NCBI RefSeq assembly: GCF_009914755.1
Contig: NC_060925.1
Length of the DNA stretch: 64,000 nucleotides
From: the human T2T-CHM13v2.0 reference genome, Homo sapiens
Strand: one strand, 5' to 3'
The notes below the pieces were generated by a model that did no database searches, was not told the DNA's origin, and worked only from the letters and a program-made list of their open reading frames with translations. The position numbers were made by a program, and so were the translations under genes. This document shows, piece after piece, positions 35,139-49,419 of this stretch (positions within the stretch are counted from its first letter, which is position 1; every line of letters begins with the position of its first letter).

Positions 35139-35678
35139 ATGCTCATGAGGAAAGTGCCCGGCTTCGTCCCGGCCTCCCCGTGGGGGCTGCGGCTGCCGCA
35201 GAAGTTCCTCTTCCTCCTCTTCCTCTCGGGCCTGGTCACCCTGTGCTTCGGGGCCCTCTTCCTGCTGCCCCACTCCTCTCGCCTCAAGCGCCTCTTCCTG
35301 GCCCCCCGGACCCAGCAGCCTGGTCTGGAAGTGGTGGCTGAAATCGCCGGCCATGCCCCGGCCCGCGAGCAGGAGCCGCCTCCCAACCCGGCCCCCGCCG
35401 CGCCGGCCCCGGGCGAGGATGACCCCAGCAGCTGGGCCAGTCCCCGCCGCAGGAAAGGGGGGCTGCGGCGCACCCGCCCCACTGGACCCCGCGAGGAGGC
35501 CACGGCGGCCCGGGGCAATAGCATCCCGGCCTCCAGGCCCGGGGACGAGGGCGTCCCTTTCCGCTTTGACTTCAACGCATTCCGGAGCCGTCTCCGCCAC
35601 CCGGTCCTGGGAACGAGGGCCGATGAGAGTCAGGAGCCCCAGAGCCAAGTGCGAGCCCAGCGGGAGAAAATCAAGGAG
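35139..35678 (+). CDS. MAN1C1: Coding exon 1 of mannosyl-oligosaccharide alpha-1,2-mannosidase IC (cytoplasmic tail, type II TM anchor, Pro-rich stem)
   Basis: Translation MLMRKVPGFVPASPWGLRLPQKFLFLLFLSGLVTLCFGALFLLP...QREKIKE is recognised as the MAN1C1 N-terminus. Kozak gccacgATG at 35139. 540 nt ending at GAG|gtatgg donor (phase 0). The catalytic exons lie outside the window. Confidence 0.96.
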
Positions 35679-38600
35679 GTATGGACTCAGCCCCCAAACT
35701 CCTCCCACCAACTGCCCCCTCTAAGGAGAGAAGACCCTCTGGCGCTCCCACCCCTTTCCCTTGCCTCAGTCACTCCTGGTCCCAGGTCTACTTCTGGCCC
35801 TGCAGACTGCACTTTGCACCTTCCCCTTTCCTCCCAAATGTCCCACCTTCTTTCCTCCCTACACAGTTTCCCACCACTCGGGTCAGTTAATCGTCCCCAC
35901 CGTGACAGATGGCAGCTGAACCCCTAGACCAACTGCCCCCTCACTCCCAGACTCTGGTATGTCGTATCCAACCCCCAGGCCCAGTGAGCTCCACTCCTTC
36001 CCTTTGTGGAGTTGCTAATGAGAGTGGAGTTCAGGTTCCTTAGTGCACCCTCTTTTTGCATTTGTGGACACAGAGCCACTGGTCCCATTCTTTTTCACTG
36101 TGTGACCTTAAGTCCAAAACCCCTATAGGACCTGCTTACCTAAAAACCCAGGATTTAAGGGGGTATTTGGTGTCCTGCAAATATTTTGTAATCTAGTAAG
36201 CAACCTACAAACCAGAGGATGTTGTGCATTCTGTTTCTATTGAGCTTATTGAGCTTCAGAACAATTGTACACAATTGTACATAATTGCATATGATGCAGG
36301 AAGAGATGATAAAGCAGTGGTCATATTACAGAAGCTCCGAGGTTATTGGCATAATGAAGCAGATCTTGAGCTGGTTCCCTGTAGGGATTGTACCAGGAGG
36401 GATTTAGAAGGATCACTTTAAGTCTGAGTCTTAGTTTAAGAAATCAAAAGCAAACACAGCCTCACAAGGCTTGAAGACAGTTGCCAGCTTGCCACTGCCA
36501 CTAAATATTCTGCTGGACCACTGTTAGAACTGCCTGCGTGCGGATGGTGCCCAGCAATGCAGAGGGGGCTGCAGTGACACCCCCAGGCCACGAGGGGGCC
36601 GTGGGCAAGCTGTGGGCCAGGGTCTCCTCCCTAGAAACGAGAGGATGCTCTCCCCTCCCCATGGACTCAAAGGAAAGAAAGGGCTGCTTCTGCCTGGACT
36701 TCTTGATTTGCTGCGAAGAAGTCAGCAGTTCGACCCTGATTTCCAGGAAGAGCAGGCAGCAAGGATCAGGACCTGCCCTGTCAAGACCTGCTCAGAGCCG
36801 ATGGAGGGCTTAGCCAGATTATCCCCTTCTCCTTGTCTGAACCATCCTCCCTTCCAGCGCCCACCTCTCTTCCACTTCTTATCTTTTCTGTTACTCTGTT
36901 TGGAGACTTAACTAGCAATCACAGGACATTTTGTGAAGTTACAGTAGGAAGCCACAGGGAAACTGAGTGCTTGGTGTGTATGTGTGTGTGCATGTTTGTG
37001 TGCTCTCAGTTTCCAGATTCCTGTTGAAATCTCAGGTTGAGTGACAGCTGGAACTTGCAGTAGCTAAGTAAGGGGCATTCATTTCTCCCTTTCTTGTTAA
37101 GGAACTACGCTGTTGAATACTCACTTGGACCACCCATAGCTCTTTCTCAAAGCTGCTTCTGAGCACAGTGGCTCTTTTTGCCCCTCTCGACCTCCCAGTA
37201 GGGCAGTGACCCCCAGTGAAATTACATATAAATTGCATGCATGCAGTTTTTCATGGGGCATCCAGAGGTGCCATCAGATTTTCAAACTGATCCCCCAAAG
37301 GATTAAGAATTAACTATCATCTTCCTCAGAAGAGATACTCTCTGTGTTTGCATTTAGATGGTGGTCCATTTCCGAATGCCAGGGGCTGGAGAGTCATGGC
37401 AGGAAGGAAGGGCTGGCTAGTAGGGAACTTGATTCTCCCTCTCTGTGTAAGACAATTTATTTTGCCAGCAGAGTCTGGGATGATGCTTGCTGGAGTGGCT
37501 GGAGGGTGGGAAGAGGGGTGAGGATTCTGTGCTTTGCAGGTGGGTATAAAATAACATGATGGGAGAAGGTCTAAGTTGGTGACCAGATGTCTGGATCTTT
37601 CTAGCTGGTATCTCCTTGCACCCCTGGTACTAGCTGGAGGCATGCTGCATATACTTGGAGTTGGTGTTCAGCTAGCCCTCTCTTACTAATCTTGAAGAAG
37701 AGAGGGCTGGTTTCTGTTGTTTTGAAACCTATTGTCTCTTCAGGCTTCCTGCCACTGACCACGCTCTCACGACAACCTGAAAGATGTAGAGTGGGTTTTG
37801 GTTTAGTTGTTAACAGTTACCATTCCTGCTGTCCCACCCCAGGAAGAACGCATATGATGGTTGCTGGAGAATGTCTTTATTTCCTTCACATTTAAATTCT
37901 ATCTGCGTCATGCCCAGGGGTAGATCATTTTAGAAAGGTGCCTGTTTTCACAAAAGGGACTGTTGCTTTCCTCCCTGGTTTGTTTATTTCCAGACATGGA
38001 TTGATTAAATCCAAGGAACAGAGGGGGAGCTGGCATCAGATAAAAAAAGGCCCTGTTCTTATAAGATTTTAAAGTGAAAGTAAATATCAGGAGAGAGAGA
38101 AGGTGATAAATGAGCATGAATGAAAACTGGACACTTGGACTCTAGATCAATACTGTGCATTCATGAGCATCCCGAGAGATGGACATGGTCACCAGGTCTG
38201 TGTTGTTAAGATGGTTGAGGCTGCAGGTTCTGGGCATGCATATGTCAGGAAACACTCTGTCACTAGAACCAACTGTTTTTCCTCACTTTCCAATTTTGGA
38301 ACCTTGGCAAAAGCAATGTGGTGGAGAGAGGAGACCCACAGAACATGGGTTGGAGTTTCAGCACACTCTCAACTGTCTGACTTTGGGCAACCCACCTCTC
38401 CTTCCTGGACCTTCCTGTAAAATGGGGTGAGGGAGAGGAGAATAAGCTGGTTATAGACCCTCTTGCTTCTGGCCCTGGCCCCTAAGTGAACTGGCAGTCT
38501 GGTCAGGGACTCCATAGCGGTTGGGCTTTCCGAACTCTGTTTTGAGATATCTTGTACTGGAAATCAGGGACAATGGTGTGGTGGTAGTGGTGGTGTTGAT

Positions 38601-38934
38601 GGGGTCGTGATGTTCACTGCTGTATCTCTGTCTAGCACCTATCCAAGAATAGATATTCAGGCAGTTGGTTAAGTTAATTATTCCCATTACCCTCAGCTTG
38701 GAATCACGAAGAGTAAAGGTGTTGGCTGGAATGTAAAGGGGTGAAGGCTTGGTAGTAGCCTTGCCTTTCAGATCTGAGGATAATATAGGAAATGGGGGAT
38801 GTCATTCATAGGCGGGTTTCTTATGGATTCAAGTTCAAACAGACTTGTCTCACACATGGGAATGTACAGCTTTTCAGGGTTATATCTCAGTGGAAGAATT
38901 CAGACTGCTCTGGGTCCTACCCATGATGCTTGGT

Positions 38935-39269
38935 TGTGTTTTTGTTGTTGTTGTTTTTTTTGTTTGTGTTTGTTTTTTTTTTAAGACGGAGTCTTGCTCT
39001 GTCGTCGAGGCTGCAGTGCAGTGGCGTGGTCTTGGCTCACTGCAGCCTCCGCCTCCCAGGTTCCAGGTTCAAGCGATTCTCATGACTCAGCCTCCCAAGT
39101 AACTGGGATTCCAGGCGCCCCACCACACCTGGCTAATTTTTGTATTTTTAGTAGAGACGGGGTTTTGCTGTGTTGGCCAGGCTGGTCTCGATCTCCTGAC
39201 CTCAGGTGATCCACCTGCCTCAGCCTCCCAAAGTGCTGAGATTACAGGCACGAGCCACCGCGCCTGGCC
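38935..39269 (-). mobile_element. Alu with (GTT)n tail
   Basis: TSD tgcttggttgt. Confidence 0.93.
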
Positions 39270-42200
39270 AGTGCTTGGTTGTTGTTCTGGGGAACCTCAG
39301 TTCCTTCCAGTGAAGGGGGCTTTTTATAAAAGGGAATTAGGCTGGCTGGGGCACTGAGAACGCGGTACTGGAGTTGGGACTTGCCCTTGCCCATATGGTG
39401 TTTTCAAACAAACCACAGAAAGGGCTCCTTCCTCTGGTTAGGTGCAGCACCAGCATCACTCCAGAGTGCAGGGCTGGGTGAGGAGAATGTGGATTGAATT
39501 TCCCCACCTTCCCTGTGCTGTTGGCCCAGTGTTCTTACAAACCACTGTATGCTGCAGTTCTGTTAAGAATCCAAGCTGGGTCAAGTCCTAGCTGTTCCAT
39601 CAACTCTGATTGGAAATTCCTGTTTATTACTGGGCCTCAGTCTTCATGGTAAACCAAGAGGCTGGCATTTAGGGGACCCTTCTCTCTTCTCTTCCACCTC
39701 TTTACTGTTTGTTTATGGATCTGCCCAAGCACCTAGAATAGGGTCTGACATTTAGTTGGAACTCACCTACTTTAATGAATGGCTACATTAAAGATCCATA
39801 AACTAACAGTTAAGATTGCTAGTGGCTAAGGCTGGGTCTTCTCCCTTAGGGTACCTGGAATTCAAAGGACCCTCACAGTAAGAGCTGTAGTCAGGTTTAG
39901 GGGCTTAGCGGCTCAGTGACCCAAGAGGCCTTTTAGAAGTTGCAGCAATTTTCTGAGGGTAAATCTGACTTGAGGGAGTGGAGGTGACACTCGTGAGTAA
40001 AATCTCTCATGCCTAGAGAGCAGGCATCGGAGGGTGCCTGTGACTTGGCAGGGAGGGAGCACCCCAGCTCTTGCCCTCTGTGCCTGCTGTGTTCAACCAC
40101 CAGGGTATTGCTGGTTATGATATGTGACAGTGTCTGAATAAGTCATCTTGGCAAATGATCTTTGCTCCCCATTAACGGGCTGGTTCGTTAGTCATGTGTG
40201 ATTTTTTTCTGTTTTCTCTGTATATCTGATTTATCGTCACTAGTGCCAGGGACAGGTAGGAAAATTAAAAGGCTTTGTAGCATGTGAATCTGAGCCTGTG
40301 AGATGTTCAGGATAATTAATATTAGGAACAGCTCAGATTTAAATAGCTTTCCTTCCAAGAGCTCTGTTTGAGTTGTAAATCCATTCAAGATCCTTTCCCT
40401 TCTCCCTGGCCCTTCAGTCTCTTCCGTTTCCCTCTTGTCCTGCTCTACCATGCATTTAACATAGGTGGAGACTGGCCTGTAATAACTGGACAGGCCCCTT
40501 GGAAAACCCTTACATCCTCAGCCCAGCCATACGCCTCCTCCTTCCGTAGGACCAAGTGTGCAGTTGAGTAAAGCTTAGCACTTGTCCCTACCAGGTATAC
40601 AACTTAACTCCCACACGTTGGTTGTGTCTCTGCTTTCATTTCTAGTTGTACCATTTGAGGGAATTAGGCATTCCAGGAGCAATTGCTTCTTAGGCCCCAT
40701 ATTCTTAACTCTGTCTTTAGTGTCAGGGCTAGAAACAAATAGAAGGATGATTTTTAAAAGTCTGCTGCCTATTTCACAGTATAGTTAGTGGTGGTGGGGG
40801 GGGGTAAGAATATAGATTCCCCTGTGGTTTTCACAGTGACTGATTTACATCCGAGTTCAAGAAATGCTTTTTCTCTAGCTTTCCCAGAAGACAGATCCAT
40901 TACTCCACCAAAAATAAATATTGTGATATATATCAGGCATACTTTGCTCAAAGGGACTTACATCTTTTCTCTTATTGAAAAAAATAAATCAGTCTTGCAG
41001 ATTGTAAAGCCCCTGTGTAGGGAAGCTGCTTGGTAATCCAGGTGAGCACCCAGCCTTGTGGATACTGACGCTGGCTTGGAGAAGAAACCTCTTTTTGCAT
41101 CCTAAGTTGAATCTGTGTTAGAGGAAGTGTTGGGAGCTTTAGGCTCTCCCTGCGTTGCTTTCAGTGGCAAAATTGGGAAGGATTTCCCAAGGGAATGATG
41201 GACGTAGGCTAGTTGCCTCAGGCGAGCTCATGGATTTATGATTACATTTCTTGAAAATAGGGGCCATGCATGGAGCAGGGACAAGTGTCATGAGTCAAGG
41301 ATTGTTGTCTTTCCGGTTCTGTGCACCTGCAGTCCAAAAAGACCAGGATCATTCAAACAATAAGCCCTGGTTCTTGATTCTCTGCTATTCCTGGGCCAAG
41401 CAAGGCCTTTATGCATAAACATTTGCATAATTTGGGGAAAAGAAACAACAAATGTTCTTAGCTCTGTATTGCCATGCAGATGATGGTAAGAAGCCAAACG
41501 GGAGACTCCTCAAAGAATTCCAAGGACTCAAGGAACTTAGGCCCCTCCGTCTTCCTCCTCACTCCCCCTTCACTCTGGGGGCTGGTCAGTAGCTCAGACA
41601 GCAGGGTTTTGGATGTCCTAAATGTAGAGTTGATGCAACTGAGATTGCTGTTAAGTCAGACCTGCTTTGGTGTCTCCACCCTCAAAGAGAATAGAAGCCA
41701 CAGAGACCACAGCCTCAGTGTGGGGACTCAGTTGCGGGTGTTTCCTCCCCTAGAAGGCTGTTGCCTAAGATTTGATTGAGAGCTCCCCACACTTGGCAGG
41801 CAGGTGGTCAAAACAGTTCTTACTCACAAGGGGGTCTGAATTTCTTAACTTGGAATCTTCTTTAATTAAAGGCTACAACCAGGGCAATTGTCCATCTGTT
41901 TTAGTGGTAACTTTTACAGAAGAAACTTTGCTATATTGATTAGTGCCCGCCTTGATAGATGATCAATAATTGTGCTTTTATCTGGCATCTTCTTGGGAGT
42001 CAGCTGCTGCCAAGGTGAACCTTCTGGGCAAACAATTGTCACTAAATAGCAACCATTTTCAATGGCCAAATAAAAGGAAGTTTTTCTCTCCTCCTTCCAC
42101 CTCTGCCATCTTCTTAAGCATCATGCTAAACACAAATCATTCTTGCTGGCCTCGTGGTCGCCATAAAATCCACTGTGCAATGCAGCGATGTCCTGTTGGG

Positions 42201-42292
42201 GCTGATGGGTTGTATCACTAAGACTGTTTGCTTCCCAATGTTTGTTCTTTGTGATCTCATCTTATTTTTTATACAACAACCTTGTGTTGTAG

Positions 42293-42700
<408 letters not shown>

Positions 42701-42858
42701 TAGACCACAGTTGTATCATATACAGAACATTTCCATCATCTCAGAAAGTTCCTTTGCTCCTTGCCAGACGATTCCCCCATCATCAACCTCTCACCTAGCC
42801 CCTATCACAGTCTTGATTTCTATTAGCTGAGATTAGTTTTGCCTGTTCTAGAACTTCA

Positions 42859-43266
<408 letters not shown>

Positions 43267-43612
43267 TCAGTACTTCATTCCTTTTTATTGTTGAGATGTA
43301 TTCCATTGTATGATTATACCCCAATTTGTTTATTCGTTCACCTGTTGGCCTTTTGAGTTGTTCTGGCTATTGTGAATAAAGCTGCTATAAACATTTTATG
43401 TACAAGTCTGTGTGTGGGCATATGTTTTCATTTCTTCTGTATAACTAGGGGTGGAATTACTGGCCCATAGAGCAGATGTGTGATTGACTTTATAAGAAAC
43501 TGGAAGCGCTTTCCCCAAGTAGTTAGACCATTTTATACTCCACCAGCAATATGTGAGAGTTCCGCATCCTTGCCAACACTTGTTATTGTCAGCCTTTTTA
43601 GGTTTATAGTGA

Positions 43613-43998
<386 letters not shown>

Positions 43999-44589
43999 GT
44001 TTATTTGCTGTTTCTGTATCTCTCTTATAAATGTCTGTTTAAAACTTTTGTTCTTTTTTAATGTCAAAAACTGGTCTATTTACTGTCTTATTGAATTGCA
44101 AGAATGCTTCATATATTCTAGATACAAGTTCTTTAACAGATATATGTATTATAAATGTTTGTTCCCAGTCTATGGTTTGTCTTTTCATTTTCTTAATGGT
44201 GTCACTCAAAGAGCAGAAGTTTTAATTTTTATAAAGGCCAGTGTATCAGTATTTTCCTTTTGATGAGTGCTTTCTGTATCTAGTTTAAAAAAAACTTTGC
44301 CTACCCCAGGTTATGAATATTTTTTAATTCCAGAAGCTTGATCATTTCAGTATTTACATTTAGGTCTTTCATTGACTTCAAGTTAATTTTTGTATATAAT
44401 GTAAGGTAGGAGTTAAAGTTCACTATTTGCTATTTAGATGTCCAGTTGTTTATCACTATTTGTTGAAAAAAACTTTCCTTTCCCTGCTGAATTGCTTTGA
44501 TGCCTTCGCTGAACTAATTGACTATATACAATATGGTTTTGTTTCTGGATTTTTCCACTCTAGTGATTTATCTTTTATGTCATTCCATT

Positions 44590-44915
44590 CTTTTCTCTTC
44601 TCTTCTCTTCTCTTCTCTTGTCTTCTCTTCTTCTCTTCTCTTCTCTTTTTCTCGCTTTGTCGCCCAGGCTGGAGTGCGGTGGTGTGATCTCAGCTCACTC
44701 CACCTCCCAGATTCAAGCGATCTTCCTGCCTCAGCCTCCCAAGTAGCTGAGACTACAGGCATGAGCCACCACGCCCAACTAATTTTTGTATTTTTAGTAG
44801 AGACGGGGTTTTGCCATGTTAGCTAGGCTGGTCTCAAACTCCTGACCTCCAGTGATTTGCCCGCCTCAGCCTCCCAAAGTGCTGGGATTACAGGCGTGAG
44901 CCACTGTGCCCAGCC
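44590..44915 (-). mobile_element. Alu with (CTCTT)n tail
   Basis: Antisense Alu. Confidence 0.9.
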
Positions 44916-45066
44916 AATCCATGCTTTCTTGATGCTATAGCCTCATAGTAAGTCAGTCTTGAAAACAGGTAGTGTGATTCCTCCATCTTTGATCTTCTTT
45001 TTCAAAATTGCTTTGGCCATTGTAGTTCCTTTGCATGTCTGTATACATTTGAGAACAAATTTGTCA

Positions 45067-45392
<326 letters not shown>

Positions 45393-45644
45393 CTGAGATT
45401 TTGACTGAGTTTGACTTGAATCCATAGATCAAATTGTTATCTTAACAGTATTGGGTCTTTCATTCTATGAATGTGGTATCTGTCTCTATTTATTTAGATT
45501 TTCTTTAATTTCTCTCAACAGTGTTTTGAATAGTGTTTATGTTCAAGAGAGCTTTAATGTATTTTATTAACTATCTCTATTTTACTTTTTAAATATTGTA
45601 AATGATATTCTTTATTTTTATTTTTAAATATTTTTAAAATTTCA

Positions 45645-45952
<308 letters not shown>

Positions 45953-46774
45953 TAAAAATTTTAATAGCTTTTGGAGTGCAAGTGGTCTTTGGTTACATGG
46001 ATGAATTATATAGTGGTGAATTCTGAGATTTTAGTGCCCCCTTAATCCAAGTAGTATAGATTGTACTCAGTATATAGGATTTTTTTAATCCCTCCCCCTT
46101 CTGAGTCTCCAAAGTCCGTTATATCACTTTATATGCCTTTGTATAGTCATAACTTAGCTCCCATTTATAAGTGAGAACATATAATATTTGGTTTTCCATT
46201 CCTGAGTTACTTCACTTAGAATAATGGCCTCCTGCTACATCCAAGTTGCTGCAAAAGATGTTATTTCATTCCTTTTCACAGCTCCGTAGTATTCCATGGC
46301 ATATATATACCACATTTTCTTTATCCACTCGTTGGCCAATGGACACTTAGGTTGGTCCCATATCTTTGCAATTGTGAATTGTGCTGCAGTAAACATGCGT
46401 GTACATGTGTCTTTTTCATGTAATGGCTTCTTTTTCTTTGAGTAGATACCCAGTAGTGGGACTGCAGGATCGAATGGTAGATCTACTTATAGTTCTTAAA
46501 GGAATCTCCATACTGTTTTCCATAGAGGCTGTACTAATTTACATTCCTACCAGCAGTGTATGAGTGTTCCCTTTTCACCACATCAATGCCAATGTCTATT
46601 GTTTTTTGACTTTTTAGTAATGTCATTCTTGCAGGAGTAAGGTTGTGGTTTTAATTTGCATTGTGGTTTTAATTTGCATTTCCCTGATGATTAGTGATGT
46701 AGAGCATTTTTCATATGTTTCTTGGCCATTTGTGTATCTTTTTTGAGAAATGTCTATTCATGTCATTTGCCTAC

Positions 46775-47061
<287 letters not shown>

Positions 47062-48286
47062 ATTTGCCCACTTTTTAATTGATTTTTTTTTTTTCTGATT
47101 TGAGTTTCTTGTGGTTTTTAGACACTAGTTCTTTGTTGGATATATAGTATGCAAATATTTTCTCCCATTATGTGCATTGTCTTTTTACTCTGATGATTAT
47201 TACTTTTGCTGTGCAGAAACTTTTTAGTTTAACGAGATCCCATTTATTGATCTATTTTTGTTTTTATTGCATTCGCTTTTGGGGTCTTAGTCATGAAGTC
47301 TTTGCCTAGGCCAATGTCCAGAAGAGTTTTTCTGATGTTATCTTTAGAATTCTTATGGTTTCAGGTCTTAGATTTAAGTCGTTGACTCATCCTGAGTTTT
47401 TTTTGTATAAGATGAGAGATAGGGATCCAGTTTCATTCCTCTATGTGTGGCTAGCCAGTTTTCCCAGCACCATTTATTAAATAGGGTGCCCTTTACCCTA
47501 TTTAAAAAATAAATATTTTTATATGCTTCATCAAAGATCCGTTGGTTGTAAATATTTGGCTTTATCTATGGGTTCTCTATTCTTTTCCATGGGTCTATGT
47601 GCCTACTTTTATATCAGTACCATTCTGTTTTGGTAACTATAGCCTTGTGGTACAATTTGAAGTCTGGTAATGTGATACCTCTAGATTTGTTGTTTTTGCT
47701 TAGGTTTGCTTTGGCCATTCAGGCTCTTTTTAAAAATTTCATATTAATTTTAGGATTATTTTTTCTAATTCTGTGAACAATGATGTTGTTATTTTGTTTG
47801 GGATTGCATTGAATCTGTAGATTGCTTTGGGCAGTATGGTCATTTTCACAATACTGATTCTTCTAATCCATGAGCATGGGATGTGTTTCCATTTGTTTGT
47901 GTTATCTGTGATTTCTTCCAGCAGTGTCTTGTTGTTCTCCTTGTAGAGAAATTTCACCTCCTTAGTTAAGTATATTCCTAAGTTTTTTATTTTATTTTAT
48001 TTTTGCAGCTGTTGTAAAAGGGATTGAGTTATTGACTTGATTCTTAGCTTGGTTGTTGTTGGTGTATAGCAGTGCTACTGATTTGTATATACTGATTTTG
48101 TAACCTGAGACTTTAATGAATTTATTTATCAAATCTAAGAGTCTTTTGGAGGAATCTTTAGGATTTTCTAGGTATACAGTCATATCATCTGTGAACAGTG
48201 ATAGTCTGACTTCCTCTTTCCCAATTTGGATGTCCTTTATTCCTTTCTCTTGCCAGATTGCTCTGGCTAGGACTTCCAGTACTATG

Positions 48287-48609
48287 TTTTTGTTTGTTTG
48301 TTTGTTTGTTTGTTTTTGTTTTTGAGACAGAGTCTCGCTCTGTCGCCCAGGCTGGAGTCCAGTGGCACGATCTTGGCTCACTGAAACCCCCGCCTCCCGC
48401 ATTTAAGTGATTCTTGTGCCTCAGCCTCCTGAGCAGCTGGGATTACAGGCATGTACCACCACGCCTGGTTAATTTTTTTTGTATTTTTAGAAGAGACGGG
48501 GTTTTGCCATGTTGCCCAGGCTGGTCTCAAACTCCTGAGCTTAGGCAGTCCACCCGCCTCAGCCTCCCAAAGTGCTAGGATTACAGGCATGAGCCACCGC
48601 ACCCAGCCC
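48287..48609 (-). mobile_element. Alu with (GTTT)n tail
   Basis: TSD cagt.ctatgttt. Confidence 0.94.
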
Positions 48610-49156
48610 AGTGCTATGTTTAATAGAAGTAGTGAAAGTCGGCATCCTTGTCTTGTTCCAGTTCTTAGAAGGGAATGCCTTAAACTTTTCCCCATTCGGT
48701 ATGATGTTGGTTATGGGTTTGTCATATATGGCTTTTATTATTTTGAGATAAGTCCTTTCTATGCCTGGTTTGTTGAGAGTTTTTTTTATCATAAAAGGAT
48801 GCTGGATCTTATTGAATGCTTTTTCTGCAACTATTGAGATGATCGTATGGTTTTTGTTTTTAATTCTGTTTATGTGATATATGACATTTATTGACTTGTA
48901 TATGTTAGACCATCCCTGCATCCCTGCTATGAAACCCACTTGATCATGGTGTATTACATTTTTGATGTGCTGTTGGATTTTGTTAGCTTGTATTTTGCTG
49001 AGGATTTTTGCATCTGTATTCATCAGGGACATTGGTCTGTAGTTTTCCTTATTTTTGTTATGTCCTTTCCTGGTTTTGTTATGAAAGTGATACTGGCTTC
49101 GTAGAATGATTTAGGGAGGATTTCCTCTTTCTTAATCTTTTGGAATAGTTTCAGTA

Positions 49157-49419
49157 GCTGGAGTGTAGTGGCGCGATCTCAGCTCACTGCAACCTCTGCC
49201 TGCTTAGGTTCAAGTGATTCTCCTGCCTCAGCTGCCTGAGTAGCTGGGACTACAGGTGCATGCCACTACGCACGGCTAATTTTTGTATTTTTTGTAGGAT
49301 GGGGTTTCACCATGTTGGCTAGGCTGGTCTTGAATCCTGAACTCCTGACCTCAAGCGATCCGCCCACTTTGGCCTCCCAAAGTGTTGGGATTACAGATGC
49401 GGGCTGCCGTGTCCAGCCC
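49157..49419 (-). mobile_element. Tail-less Alu inside L1PB
   Basis: Starts abruptly at gctggagtgtagtgg; no poly-T and no TSD. Confidence 0.9.

Larger units (their letters stand above)
33550..35700. promoter_or_regulatory. CpG island / MAN1C1 promoter and long 5' leader
   Basis: Very high GC and CpG density. CCAAT boxes near 33803 and 33845, ATTGG near 33902, many GGGCGG GC boxes, short (GGC)n runs, and an Inr-like gtcgCAGTG near 34131 as a plausible TSS. Confidence 0.92.

Noticed and set aside
33341-35724. Other overlapping GC-rich ORFs (e.g. 33775..34560, 33806..34618, 33669..34634)
   Set aside because: Expected from stop-codon scarcity in a CpG island. Low-complexity R/G/P/A composition with no domains.
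35679-35927. ORF 35019..35927 continuing 82 codons past exon 1
   Set aside because: Runs through the GT donor at 35679 into pyrimidine-rich intron. The sequence no longer resembles MAN1C1.
36236-36290. Short tandem repeats (ttgagctta; acaattgtac x2)
   Set aside because: Too short to distinguish from ordinary slippage
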